A DNA stretch of 32,000 bases, taken from the NCBI GenBank assembly GCA_000175855.1, contig ACYB01000046.1, positions 207,573 to 239,572 on the forward strand. The letters run 5' to 3'. Shown here one piece after another: positions 9,548 through 17,851 of this stretch. Within the stretch, counting starts at the first letter, position 1; the number at the start of each line of letters is the position of its first letter. The translations under genes and the position numbers were made by a program. Origin of the DNA: Raphidiopsis brookii D9 (GTDB lineage Bacteria > Cyanobacteriota > Cyanobacteriia > Cyanobacteriales > Nostocaceae). The notes below the pieces were generated by a model. That model saw only the letters and a program-made list of their open reading frames with translations, did not search any database and was not told the origin of the DNA.

Positions 9548-10651
9548 TTAACATATTCTTGGTAGCTGCTCTCCCACCAACATATCTACTATTCTTTCTG
9601 CACCAAAAACCGTTTTTAAAAAAACTATTCCAGGTAGTTGGTCAACTACTTGTCCAATAATTGCTGCTTGTTTTCCCAAGGGATGATCTTGCATGGTGGA
9701 TAATACCAGTTCCGCTTGCTCCTGGGGAACAACAATTACTATTTTACCTTCGTTGGCTAAATATAATGGATCTAAACCAAGTATTTCACACATTCCACTC
9801 ACCTCCTCCCTAATGGGAATGGTCTGTTCATTGATTTTTATTCCTAGATTTGCTGTTTGGGCAAATTCGTTTAATACCGTCGCCAAACCTCCCCTGGTTA
9901 TATCTCTCATAGCATGAATATCAGGACAAACCTTGATAATTTCAGCCACCAGTTCATGCAATGGTTGACTATCGCTTTCTATATCTGTTTCTAATTCTAA
10001 TTCTCCTCTAGCTATTAAAATTGCCGCCCCATGATTCCCTATTTCTCCATTAATAATTACCATATCCCCCGGTTGAATATGGCGAGGTGAAATTTTAATT
10101 CCCTGGGGTATTATCCCTATCCCAGCAGTGTTAATAAATAATTTATCCGCAGAACCACGATGCACTACCTTGGTGTCTCCTGTAACTATTTGCACTCCCG
10201 CTTTTTGAGCAGCATGTTGCATACTCTCCACCACTTTTCTTAATGTTTCTAATGGCAAACCTTCTTCTAAGATCATGCTACAACTTAAATATAGGGGTTT
10301 AGCACCCCCAACTGCCAGATCATTAATTGTGCCATTAACAGCTAAGTCACCAATATTGCCACCGGGGAAAAATAAGGGATCTACCACGTAAGAATCGGTG
10401 GTAAACGCTAATCTATCTCCCAGTTTTCCCAATGTTGATAAATCAAAACTTGCCTGATCTTCTAATTGGGATAAAATCTCATTATCGAAATTTTTTACAA
10501 ATACATCATTAATTAAATCGCTCATAGCTTTACCACCACTACCATGAGATAGGTTAATATGGCTATCTTTAACTTGATGGGAGCGACGACTTACCCGTGC
10601 TATTTTTTGAAATAGGGGATTTTGATTTTTCTGATTTTTATCTATTGCCAT
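9548..10651 (-). CDS. hypE: Hydrogenase maturation protein HypE (carbamoyl dehydratase)
   Basis: PurM-like fold with HGSGGKAM near the N-terminus and the diagnostic C-terminal PRIC. I chose the start at MAIDK (10651) because the longer ORF would overlap hypD. Confidence 0.88.
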   Translation of the reverse strand: MAIDKNQKNQNPLFQKIARVSRRSHQVKDSHINLSHGSGGKAMSDLINDVFVKNFDNEILSQLEDQASFDLSTLGKLGDRLAFTTDSYVVDPLFFPGGNIGDLAVNGTINDLAVGGAKPLYLSCSMILEEGLPLETLRKVVESMQHAAQKAGVQIVTGDTKVVHRGSADKLFINTAGIGIIPQGIKISPRHIQPGDMVIINGEIGNHGAAILIARGELELETDIESDSQPLHELVAEIIKVCPDIHAMRDITRGGLATVLNEFAQTANLGIKINEQTIPIREEVSGMCEILGLDPLYLANEGKIVIVVPQEQAELVLSTMQDHPLGKQAAIIGQVVDQLPGIVFLKTVFGAERIVDMLVGEQLPRIC

Positions 10652-10658
10652 ATAATTA

Positions 10659-11786
10659 CTATACAAGAATTGATAACCTGCCATATTTATAATATGCTGC
10701 ACAAGCACCTTCAGAGGAAACCATACAAGTTCCTATGGGTGTTTCTGGTGTGCAAGCTGTGCCAAATACTTTACATTCCCAAGGTTTTAAAACTCCTTTA
10801 AGAATTTCTCCACATTGACAGGCTTTATGATCAGGCACTTTCAAATTGGGAATAGTAAATTTGGCTTCTGCATCAAATTGAGCATATTCGGGACGTATTT
10901 TCAAACCAGAATTAGGAATTTCTCCCAACCCCCGCCATTCAAATTTCTCGCGAACTGTAAAAACCTGATTTATAGCTTGAAGGGCATTTTTATTTCCCCC
11001 TTTCTCAACTAACCGATTATATTGATTTTCTACTTCACATCGATTTTCTTCTATTTGTTTTAATAACATCCATATAGATTGGAAAATATCCAATGGTTCA
11101 AATCCAGAAATGACAATTGGCTTGTGATATCTTTGGGGAATAAACTGATATGGCTCTGTTCCAATAACCATACTTACATGACCTGGACCAACAAAACCGT
11201 CTAATTGTAAATCTGGGTTTGCTAATAATGCTTCCAGTGCTGGTATAACTAATACATGATTAGAAAATAAACTAAAGTTTGTAATGTTTTCTGCTGCTGC
11301 TTGTAATATGGTAAATGCAGTGCTAGGAGCAGTGGTTTCAAATCCTAAACCAAAAAATACTATCTCTTTTGTAGGGTTCTCCTTGGCAATCTTTAAACTG
11401 TCTAGAGGGGAATAGACCATTCTAATGTCTGCTCCCTCAGCTTTTGCTTGTAACAAGCTGGTTTTAGAACCTGGAACCCTCATAGCATCCCCAAAGGTGG
11501 TGAAAATAATATTTGCAGCTTGACAAAGGGCGATCGCATCATCTATTCTACCTTTTGGCATAATACATACCGGACATCCAGGTCCATGAATTAGTTCAAT
11601 GTTATCTGGTAATATTTCCTCAATGCCATATTTAAAAAGTGCATGGGTGTGCCCACCACATACTTCCATTATTTTGAGGTGTTTGTTTTTGTGCGAATTT
11701 CTTGAGATTTGAAGACTCAGTTGTGCAATTTCTTTTTGTAAACCTTGAGCTTTTTCGGGGTTACGGAATTCATCTACATATTTCAT
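10659..11786 (-). CDS. hypD: Hydrogenase maturation protein HypD
   Basis: 375 aa with the CGGHTH, GPGCPVC and FETTAP motifs. Confidence 0.9.
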   Translation of the reverse strand: MKYVDEFRNPEKAQGLQKEIAQLSLQISRNSHKNKHLKIMEVCGGHTHALFKYGIEEILPDNIELIHGPGCPVCIMPKGRIDDAIALCQAANIIFTTFGDAMRVPGSKTSLLQAKAEGADIRMVYSPLDSLKIAKENPTKEIVFFGLGFETTAPSTAFTILQAAAENITNFSLFSNHVLVIPALEALLANPDLQLDGFVGPGHVSMVIGTEPYQFIPQRYHKPIVISGFEPLDIFQSIWMLLKQIEENRCEVENQYNRLVEKGGNKNALQAINQVFTVREKFEWRGLGEIPNSGLKIRPEYAQFDAEAKFTIPNLKVPDHKACQCGEILKGVLKPWECKVFGTACTPETPIGTCMVSSEGACAAYYKYGRLSILV

Positions 11787-11813
11787 AATCTTAATTCTGT
11801 TATAAATTACTCC

Positions 11814-12056
11814 TCAACCGTTAGCTATTTCCTGTAAAAGGGCTAAGGTTTCTGCTGCTTCCTGTTCATTAATTCTGTTCATAGCAAAACCCACATGAAC
11901 TAACACCCAATCTCCCAGACATTTTTCGGGTGGGTGTTCCTCATCCACAATACATGCTATATTGACTTGACGCTTAACTCCTCCAACCTTAACTATTGCT
12001 AGTTTATGTTCTGGATTGCTGATCTCTATTATTTGTCCAGGTATTCCTAAACACAT
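11814..12056 (-). CDS. hypC: Hydrogenase assembly chaperone HypC
   Basis: Begins MCLGIPGQI (essential N-terminal Cys). A GGGGGA Shine-Dalgarno-like run lies 5 nt upstream of ATG 12056. The longer 93-aa ORF is an upstream extension. Confidence 0.88.
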   Translation of the reverse strand: MCLGIPGQIIEISNPEHKLAIVKVGGVKRQVNIACIVDEEHPPEKCLGDWVLVHVGFAMNRINEQEAAETLALLQEIANG

Positions 12057-12078
12057 TTTTATCCCCCTTTTGATGTAG

Positions 12079-12121
12079 TTAAAGTTTAACATCATAGATT
12101 AATACATTTAAAGTTTAACAT
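12079..12121 (-). promoter_or_regulatory. Two copies of a 14-bp direct repeat TTAAAGTTTAACAT (minus strand ATGTTAAACTTTAA), each containing the near-palindrome TTAAA(G/C)TTTAA. They lie just upstream of hypC and may be an operator.
   Basis: Exact copies at 12079-12092 and 12108-12121, 29 bp start to start. The proximal copy lies 23 nt upstream of the hypC ATG. Confidence 0.35.
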
Positions 12122-12219
12122 ACATCTTGGGAAAGAAAATGCTTGTTAATATCTATAATATTTTGGGCGTTGTATCATAAAGGTATGAATTGAGGTTCAA
12201 TCATGTGGTATCTACCGCT

Positions 12220-12393
12220 TTAGCTAGGAATCACTGTAATGCTTAATCCCTCCATAGCTGTATTTTTGACGACTTGTTGCGGCGCGTAAAAGTATTTAGG
12301 CACAATCGGGTCTGAGTTATAATTTAGCCTCAATAATCTTGCCGATGTCCATCTGTCAAATTCATAATCTTCTATTATACAATCTAGCTGCAT
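12220..12393 (-). CDS. Hypothetical 57-aa ORF, below the ORF-track cutoff
   Basis: Hand translation gives MQLDCIIEDYEFDRWTSARLLRLNYNSDPIVPKYFYAPQQVVKNTAMEGLSITVIPS. The composition looks protein-like, but I recognise no family and see no clear RBS. Confidence 0.25.
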   Translation of the reverse strand: MQLDCIIEDYEFDRWTSARLLRLNYNSDPIVPKYFYAPQQVVKNTAMEGLSITVIPS

Positions 12394-12415
12394 GACAGCT
12401 TAATTAACATCAACC

Positions 12416-12523
12416 ATGAACAAAAATCTTCAAGGAAAAATCGCCCTAGTCACAGGTGCAACGAGAGGTATAGGAAAAGGTATCGCCATTATTTTAAAAT
12501 ACCCTGGTTTATTCTATTATTAA
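12416..12523 (+). pseudogene. Remnant of a short-chain dehydrogenase/reductase (N-terminal ~25 codons only)
   Basis: ATG 12416 translates to MNKNLQGKIALVTGATRGIGKGIAI, the SDR Rossmann TGxxxGIG motif. It then degenerates (ILKYPGLFYY) and stops at 12521-12523. Confidence 0.7.
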
Positions 12524-12561
12524 CTATGCTAAGTTCACCCAAAATTTAAGGTTTATTAAAT

Positions 12562-12801
12562 ATGAAAAACTCTCATAATAATATCTTAATTCCGCCAAAA
12601 CTACCTTTTTTAGAGGCGATTTGTTGGCAAACTAAAAATGTGTATGCCTTTTCTCTTGAAGAAATGTTAACTTGTTATGAAAGAGGCTGGCGTTATCGTT
12701 CTTTATTTAATAACTTAGAATCAGATGAAGTAGAATTTATTAAAACCATAGCCCAAGAATATCAATCTTGGTTAATAGTAGAGTTATGCAGTTTAAATTA
12801 G
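12562..12801 (+). CDS. Hypothetical 79-aa protein, the upstream partner of the nucleotidyltransferase and a possible antitoxin-like component
   Basis: ORF overlaps the next gene by 16 nt. I recognise no family. It lies in an AT-rich accessory insert. Confidence 0.5.
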   Translation: MKNSHNNILIPPKLPFLEAICWQTKNVYAFSLEEMLTCYERGWRYRSLFNNLESDEVEFIKTIAQEYQSWLIVELCSLN

Positions 12802-13529
12802 AACATCACAATCAAATTGTTAAGATTCTTAATAGTTTAAATACACAAGTGTTTGCTGAGAATCAAGCTTATTTTGGCGGTGGAACATTAATCGCTTTAC
12901 TGTATAATGAATATCGTCAAAGCAATTATATAGATTTTATTTGTTCAGTAGAATCATCAGGTTATAGAAAATTACGCTCCCTGATTTTTGACAACAGTTA
13001 TCAATCATTATTTTCCAACTTAGAGCAGATTTCTATTGGTAGAAGTACAACAGATCAATATGGCATTAGAATGTTAGTTAAAATCGGTAACAATTTCATT
13101 AAAACTGAAATTATTGCTGAAACTCGTTTTGAATTGGAATCACCTCGATACTTTCAGTGGTCAAATATCCCTTGTTTAAGCCATAATGATGCGATTATTT
13201 CAAAGCTATTAGCTAATTCCGACCGTTATCCAGATGCTAACATCTTATCAAGAGATTTAATTGATTTAGCAATTTTAAGAGTTAATGGTTCATTTTCAGA
13301 AGAAGCCATTAACAAAGCTGAACAAGCTTATGAAGTAATTCGTCCTTTAAAGAGAGCAATTCAACTGTTTCAAAATCAACCAGAATATCGAGGAAAATGC
13401 TTTGAACAATTAAAAATTAGTGAGCATTATTATCCCATTATTATTGATGGTGTCGACTTATTAGCTACTGATTTTGATTTACATATTACAGAAAGGACTT
13501 TTAAAGAACAACCTGATTTATTTAGTTAG
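12786..13529 (+). CDS. Nucleotidyltransferase-fold protein, AbiEii/DUF1814-like (putative toxin or defence NTase)
   Basis: YFGGGTLIALL, then RQSNYIDF about 16 residues later, then a C-terminal ISKLLANSDRY...SRDLIDLAIL. This matches the GGTAL / S.DIDF / RDLYDL motif order I remember for the AbiEii family. The preferred start is ATG 12786; TTG 12768 is the ORF-track start. Confidence 0.6.
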   Translation: MQFKLEHHNQIVKILNSLNTQVFAENQAYFGGGTLIALLYNEYRQSNYIDFICSVESSGYRKLRSLIFDNSYQSLFSNLEQISIGRSTTDQYGIRMLVKIGNNFIKTEIIAETRFELESPRYFQWSNIPCLSHNDAIISKLLANSDRYPDANILSRDLIDLAILRVNGSFSEEAINKAEQAYEVIRPLKRAIQLFQNQPEYRGKCFEQLKISEHYYPIIIDGVDLLATDFDLHITERTFKEQPDLFS

Positions 13530-13668
13530 TTATTTTATTTAAACAAATTGATCAATTATATTTAACTAAACTTTTATTAAATTGTTCAAGATTTTGAATT
13601 AATATAAGTACGCAGTTTTATTTTCTTCTATTTTCGAGCGATCGCCTGCTTTTAAGTGGTTTAATTAC

Positions 13669-16080
13669 TTAAAATTGATAGAGATTGGGCCCACATCTAG
13701 CTGCCATAATCATAGCTTGTCCTAAAGATATTCCTCCATCGTTTGGAGGTACATTACTGTGAGTAAGAACTTCCATTCCCATATTTTGGAGTAATTTAGT
13801 TGTTTGCTGTAAAAGAATTCGGTTTTGAAATACTCCTCCTGTTAATGCTACTTGATTAGTTTTATATTCTCGACTCAATAGTTTAACTGTTTCTATAATC
13901 AAATTGGCTAGAGTTAGGTGAAACTTGGCAGCTATTTCCCCCATTCCAACTTGTTGGTTTATATCTTCCAAGATTCCTTTCCAGATGGGAGCTGTGTGTA
14001 TATAATACATTCCATCTAATTTTTCAATATTTTGATGTGATGGATAACTAGATATATCATTTAGTATTTCAGTACTAATGCTGGACTCCATTTCTATAGC
14101 TGCTTGTCCCTCATAGGTACATTCTTCCCGACAAATCCCAATTGCTGCTGCTACCGCATCAAATAACCTACCAACAGATGATACAAGGGGTGAGTTAATA
14201 TTTTTTTCCACCATTTGATCTAGCAATTTTAAAGGTTGTTGTTGTAGAAACTGCACAATTTCTAGAGATGGATATTGTTCTTGAACCTCTTGCCAATTTA
14301 AAGCACTATTGAGGTGAGCATAAGTATTTCTCCAAGGTTGATAAATAGACTGTTTTCCTCCTATCATAGGTACTGGTTTAAAGGTAGCCAGTCTTTGGCA
14401 ATTAGAATAATCAGCCAGTAAAAATTCTCCTCCCCAGAATGTACTGTCTTCTCCATATCCTAAACCATCAAAAGCTACACCTAATACTGGCTGGCTATTT
14501 AAAGGTATTTTGTTTTCCCCTAGACAAGCTGCAATGTGGGCATGATGATGTGGAATTTCATGAAGTTCAATTTCATTATTGACTGCTAATTGTCTCCCTA
14601 GTTTTGATGATAAATATTCCGGATGTTTGTCAATGGCAATAATTGCTGGTTTATGGGCGAATAAATTGAGATATAAATTCAAAGTTTCCTGATAGTTAGT
14701 AAAAGCAGATGGGTTTTCTAAATCTCCTAAATGTTCTGATAGAATAGCTTCACCTGATCTCAATAAACAAAAGGTGTTTTTCAGTTCTCCACCCATAGCT
14801 AAAATAGGTGGTGTCTTCTCAAAACCTGGTGGTAAAATAATAGGTGCTGGCGCATATCCTCTAGCACGTCTGAGAATCTGGACTTTTTGATTAACTACTC
14901 TCACTACTGAATCATCTACTCGGTTAATAATATCTCGGTTATGGAATAAAAATAAATCAGCTATTGAAACTAACTTTTTTTTTATGTCATCTGAATTATC
15001 AATACATTGAGGTTCATCGGCAATATTACCACTGGTCAAAACTATGGGAACCTTCATTCTTCTGAGAATTAAATGATGTAGAGGGGTATAAGGTAACATG
15101 AAACCCAAAGTGTTTTGACCCGGTGCGATCGCCCTGGCTATAGGATTCCCGATTTGGGATTTTATTGAGTTATGTGGCAAGTTATTTTGGGGATTAATTT
15201 TTAATAAAACAATTGGTGCAGCAGGACTCGTTAATAAATCTTTTTCTAAATCAGAAATCTGACAATATTGGGATATTATATTAATATCTCTAGCCATTAA
15301 GGCAAAAGGTTTATGATAACGTTTTTTTCGCTGTCGTAATTTTTCAACCACAGTTTCTTGGGTAGCATCACAAGCTAAATGGAAACCGCCTAACCCTTTA
15401 ATAGCAACGATTTCACCTTTTTGTAATAAGGTACAAACTGCATCAACCTCATCCAACATAGAAAACATATCCCCACTGATAGGTTGACCATCAGCACGTT
15501 CTAACCATGCGCGGGGACCACAACGAAAACAAGCTACAGGTTGAGCGTGGAAACGTCTATTATTCACATCTTCATATTCCCGGTTACATTCTCCACACAT
15601 AGGAAAATCTACCATGCTAGTATTATTTCTATCGTAGGGAATGGCCTGCATAATACTTAACCGTGGTCCACAATGGGTACAGTTAGTAAAGGGATAGCGG
15701 AAATAACGACTAAAGGGATCAAAAATTTCCTGTTGACATTCACCACAGGTTGCAGCATCGGGAGCAATTTCCGTTTTTACTGGTGTCTCCATACTAGGAG
15801 CAATGATAAATTCTATGAGTTCGTCAGTATGGAAATCATTAGACCCATACAGTGGACTCCTGATTAGTTCATGAATGTGAGCTAGGGGTGGACACTGGTC
15901 ATATAGTTGCTGCACAAAAGCAGTTATTTTTTCCTCACTCCCAACAATCCGGATTAGAACCCCATCCCCATCATTACATACATCTCCTTTTAAACCAGCA
16001 TTTTTAGCCAAGCGGTAAACTGTGGGACGAAAACCTACACCCTGAACAGTACCCCTAACTCTTATTTGCTCTGTTCTCAT
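13669..16080 (-). CDS. hypF: Carbamoyltransferase HypF
   Basis: 803 aa. Acylphosphatase domain (VRGTVQGVGFRP), two CxxC...CxxC zinc fingers (CGECQQE/CTHCGPR, CGECNRE/CFRCGPR), then YrdC-like and Kae1-like domains. Confidence 0.92.
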   Translation of the reverse strand: MRTEQIRVRGTVQGVGFRPTVYRLAKNAGLKGDVCNDGDGVLIRIVGSEEKITAFVQQLYDQCPPLAHIHELIRSPLYGSNDFHTDELIEFIIAPSMETPVKTEIAPDAATCGECQQEIFDPFSRYFRYPFTNCTHCGPRLSIMQAIPYDRNNTSMVDFPMCGECNREYEDVNNRRFHAQPVACFRCGPRAWLERADGQPISGDMFSMLDEVDAVCTLLQKGEIVAIKGLGGFHLACDATQETVVEKLRQRKKRYHKPFALMARDINIISQYCQISDLEKDLLTSPAAPIVLLKINPQNNLPHNSIKSQIGNPIARAIAPGQNTLGFMLPYTPLHHLILRRMKVPIVLTSGNIADEPQCIDNSDDIKKKLVSIADLFLFHNRDIINRVDDSVVRVVNQKVQILRRARGYAPAPIILPPGFEKTPPILAMGGELKNTFCLLRSGEAILSEHLGDLENPSAFTNYQETLNLYLNLFAHKPAIIAIDKHPEYLSSKLGRQLAVNNEIELHEIPHHHAHIAACLGENKIPLNSQPVLGVAFDGLGYGEDSTFWGGEFLLADYSNCQRLATFKPVPMIGGKQSIYQPWRNTYAHLNSALNWQEVQEQYPSLEIVQFLQQQPLKLLDQMVEKNINSPLVSSVGRLFDAVAAAIGICREECTYEGQAAIEMESSISTEILNDISSYPSHQNIEKLDGMYYIHTAPIWKGILEDINQQVGMGEIAAKFHLTLANLIIETVKLLSREYKTNQVALTGGVFQNRILLQQTTKLLQNMGMEVLTHSNVPPNDGGISLGQAMIMAARCGPNLYQF

Positions 16081-17027
16081 GTTTTACTTCCCCGCAAAAT
16101 TGCTAAAAAGGTACATTCCCAAACCAGTCTTGGTTGAGCGTAGCACAACAAGTTTTTTCGGGTCTTTTCTAATTCTTGAATAATCTGTGCTTTATGTGTT
16201 TTTTGCCAATAATACTGTTGTAAATATTCAATTAACCATAGTTGTCCTTCCGTGTCTAGTTCCCGATCAATTCTTTTACCCAATTCCAAAGCATGTAAGT
16301 ATGAGATAGGCATTTTTTTTACTTCCTCGAGTAATTCGCTATTAATGCTTTGTAGTTGTTGGTGAGCCAAAATAGCACTTCCTGGACTCCCAGCAGCTAG
16401 ATTTAAGATTTCTGGGTGTTGTAAAATGTCTAGGTTTCCTGTTCTGGTTAACACCTGAGTTAAACTACTACTGTCTAACCTATAAAAGGGAATTTTTTGG
16501 CACCGGGAGACTAATGTGGGTAGGATAGATTCCGGACTAGGTACAATTAAAATTAAAGTTGCTCTTCCTGGTTCTTCTAAAGTTTTTAGCAGAGCATTAG
16601 CAGCAGACTCAGCCATAGCCTCTGCTTGCTCTATTACTACCACGCTACGCACAGACTCTAAGGGAGGACGGGATAAAAATTGAGAGATTTCCCTAATTTG
16701 CTCCAATCTAATTACCGGTGGTGCTTTACGTTTGACCTTTTTTTCTGCTGCTTGTGCTGCGGTTAGTCTTTCTCCTTGATATTGATAGGTGGGTTCTACC
16801 CAGAATAAGTCTGGGTGATTTCTTTGACTAACACGGGTTTTTAAAACAGACAGTTGTTCAGCGTCTCTAGAACTAGCAAACAGTAGTTGGATAAAACACG
16901 TTGCTGCTAGACTCCTCCCTACCCCATCCGTCCCCGCGAATAAATAAGCTGGTGCAATGCGGTTTTGTTTCACGGATGCAGTTAATAGTTCTATGGCTTG
17001 TTGCTGTCCTATCAGTTCTTCAAACAT
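16077..17027 (-). CDS. holB: DNA polymerase III delta-prime subunit
   Basis: AYLFAGTDGVGRSLAA (degenerate P-loop), LKTLEEP and SRCQ motifs. The stop overlaps the hypF start (ATGA). Confidence 0.85.
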   Translation of the reverse strand: MFEELIGQQQAIELLTASVKQNRIAPAYLFAGTDGVGRSLAATCFIQLLFASSRDAEQLSVLKTRVSQRNHPDLFWVEPTYQYQGERLTAAQAAEKKVKRKAPPVIRLEQIREISQFLSRPPLESVRSVVVIEQAEAMAESAANALLKTLEEPGRATLILIVPSPESILPTLVSRCQKIPFYRLDSSSLTQVLTRTGNLDILQHPEILNLAAGSPGSAILAHQQLQSINSELLEEVKKMPISYLHALELGKRIDRELDTEGQLWLIEYLQQYYWQKTHKAQIIQELEKTRKNLLCYAQPRLVWECTFLAILRGSKT

Positions 17028-17042
17028 GAGAATGAGTTGTTT

Positions 17043-17693
17043 CTAACCATTAGTGGTCACCAACGACCTTACAAACCATTTGTCAATTAAAATTTTCCTG
17101 ATGTTTTCCTGGACTAGTTCCTGTCCCCCATTACCATCCACCCGAATCATCTTCGATGGATGGTTTTTAGCTATTTCATTATATCCCTTTTGAACACGAT
17201 GGTGAAATTCTATTGTTTCTTGCTCCATTCTATCTAGTTCTGCTTGACCACGTTTACGACTTAGTCCTATTTCTACATCTATATCCAACCAAATGGTTAG
17301 GTCACTTTCTAAACCTCCAGTAGCAATCTGATTAAGTTGGTCAATTATAGTCATGTTCAATCCCCTGCCATATCCCTGATAAGCAATAGTGGAATTTGTA
17401 TAGCGATCGCACAGAATATATTTCCCGGTTGCTAAATTTGGTTTAATAATACTGCTAACATGTTGTGAGCGGTCTGCTGTATATAATAGCAGCTCTGCCA
17501 TTTCATCCAGTGGTTGCTCGTAGGATGTTTCCAGCAACAACTTTCTTAAATTTTTTCCCAGGTCTGTTCCTCCTGGTTCGCGAGTTAGCAAAAAAGAGAT
17601 TCCTAGAGTTTGTAACCACTGTGCCAACATTTGCATTTGAGTGGTTTTCCCTGATCCTTCCACTCCCTCAAAGACAATTAATTTACCTATCAT
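17043..17693 (-). CDS. tmk: Thymidylate kinase
   Basis: FEGVEGSGKTTQ P-loop, DRY motif, 216 aa. Confidence 0.9.
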   Translation of the reverse strand: MIGKLIVFEGVEGSGKTTQMQMLAQWLQTLGISFLLTREPGGTDLGKNLRKLLLETSYEQPLDEMAELLLYTADRSQHVSSIIKPNLATGKYILCDRYTNSTIAYQGYGRGLNMTIIDQLNQIATGGLESDLTIWLDIDVEIGLSRKRGQAELDRMEQETIEFHHRVQKGYNEIAKNHPSKMIRVDGNGGQELVQENIRKILIDKWFVRSLVTTNG

Positions 17694-17794
17694 ACTTATA
17701 GTATTTGTGATAATATTTGTGGTCTGAAAACGATCACATTATAGATCAAGAAAGAATGCTTAGGAAAGGGCGGACCACTCGCAGGTAAGTTATG

Positions 17795-17803
17795 TGTTAT
17801 AAT
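17795..17803 (+). promoter_or_regulatory. Extended -10 promoter element TGtTATAAT, a candidate promoter reading into the foldback element
   Basis: Exact TGnTATAAT at 17795-17803. No good -35 is present, which is acceptable for extended -10 promoters. The + strand terminator lies ~320 nt downstream. Confidence 0.3.
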
Positions 17804-17822
17804 AGAAATTATATATTACACG

Positions 17823-17849
17823 AAAAGGGCTTGGTTTCTGACCAAGCCC
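17823..17849 (-). terminator. Hairpin GGGCTTGGT-N5-ACCAAGCCC followed by TTTT on the minus strand (intrinsic-terminator-like)
   Basis: 9-bp GC-rich stem at 17827-17835/17841-17849. On the minus strand it is followed by TTTTCG (17826-17821). Confidence 0.45.
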
Positions 17850-17851
17850 AG

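Noticed and set aside
17700-17826. Searched the tmk-upstream gap and other intergenic regions for tRNA, tmRNA, RNase P, SRP or 6S RNA signatures
   Set aside because: No cloverleaf-compatible sequence was found, and none of the conserved motifs I know for these RNAs could be recognised by eye.
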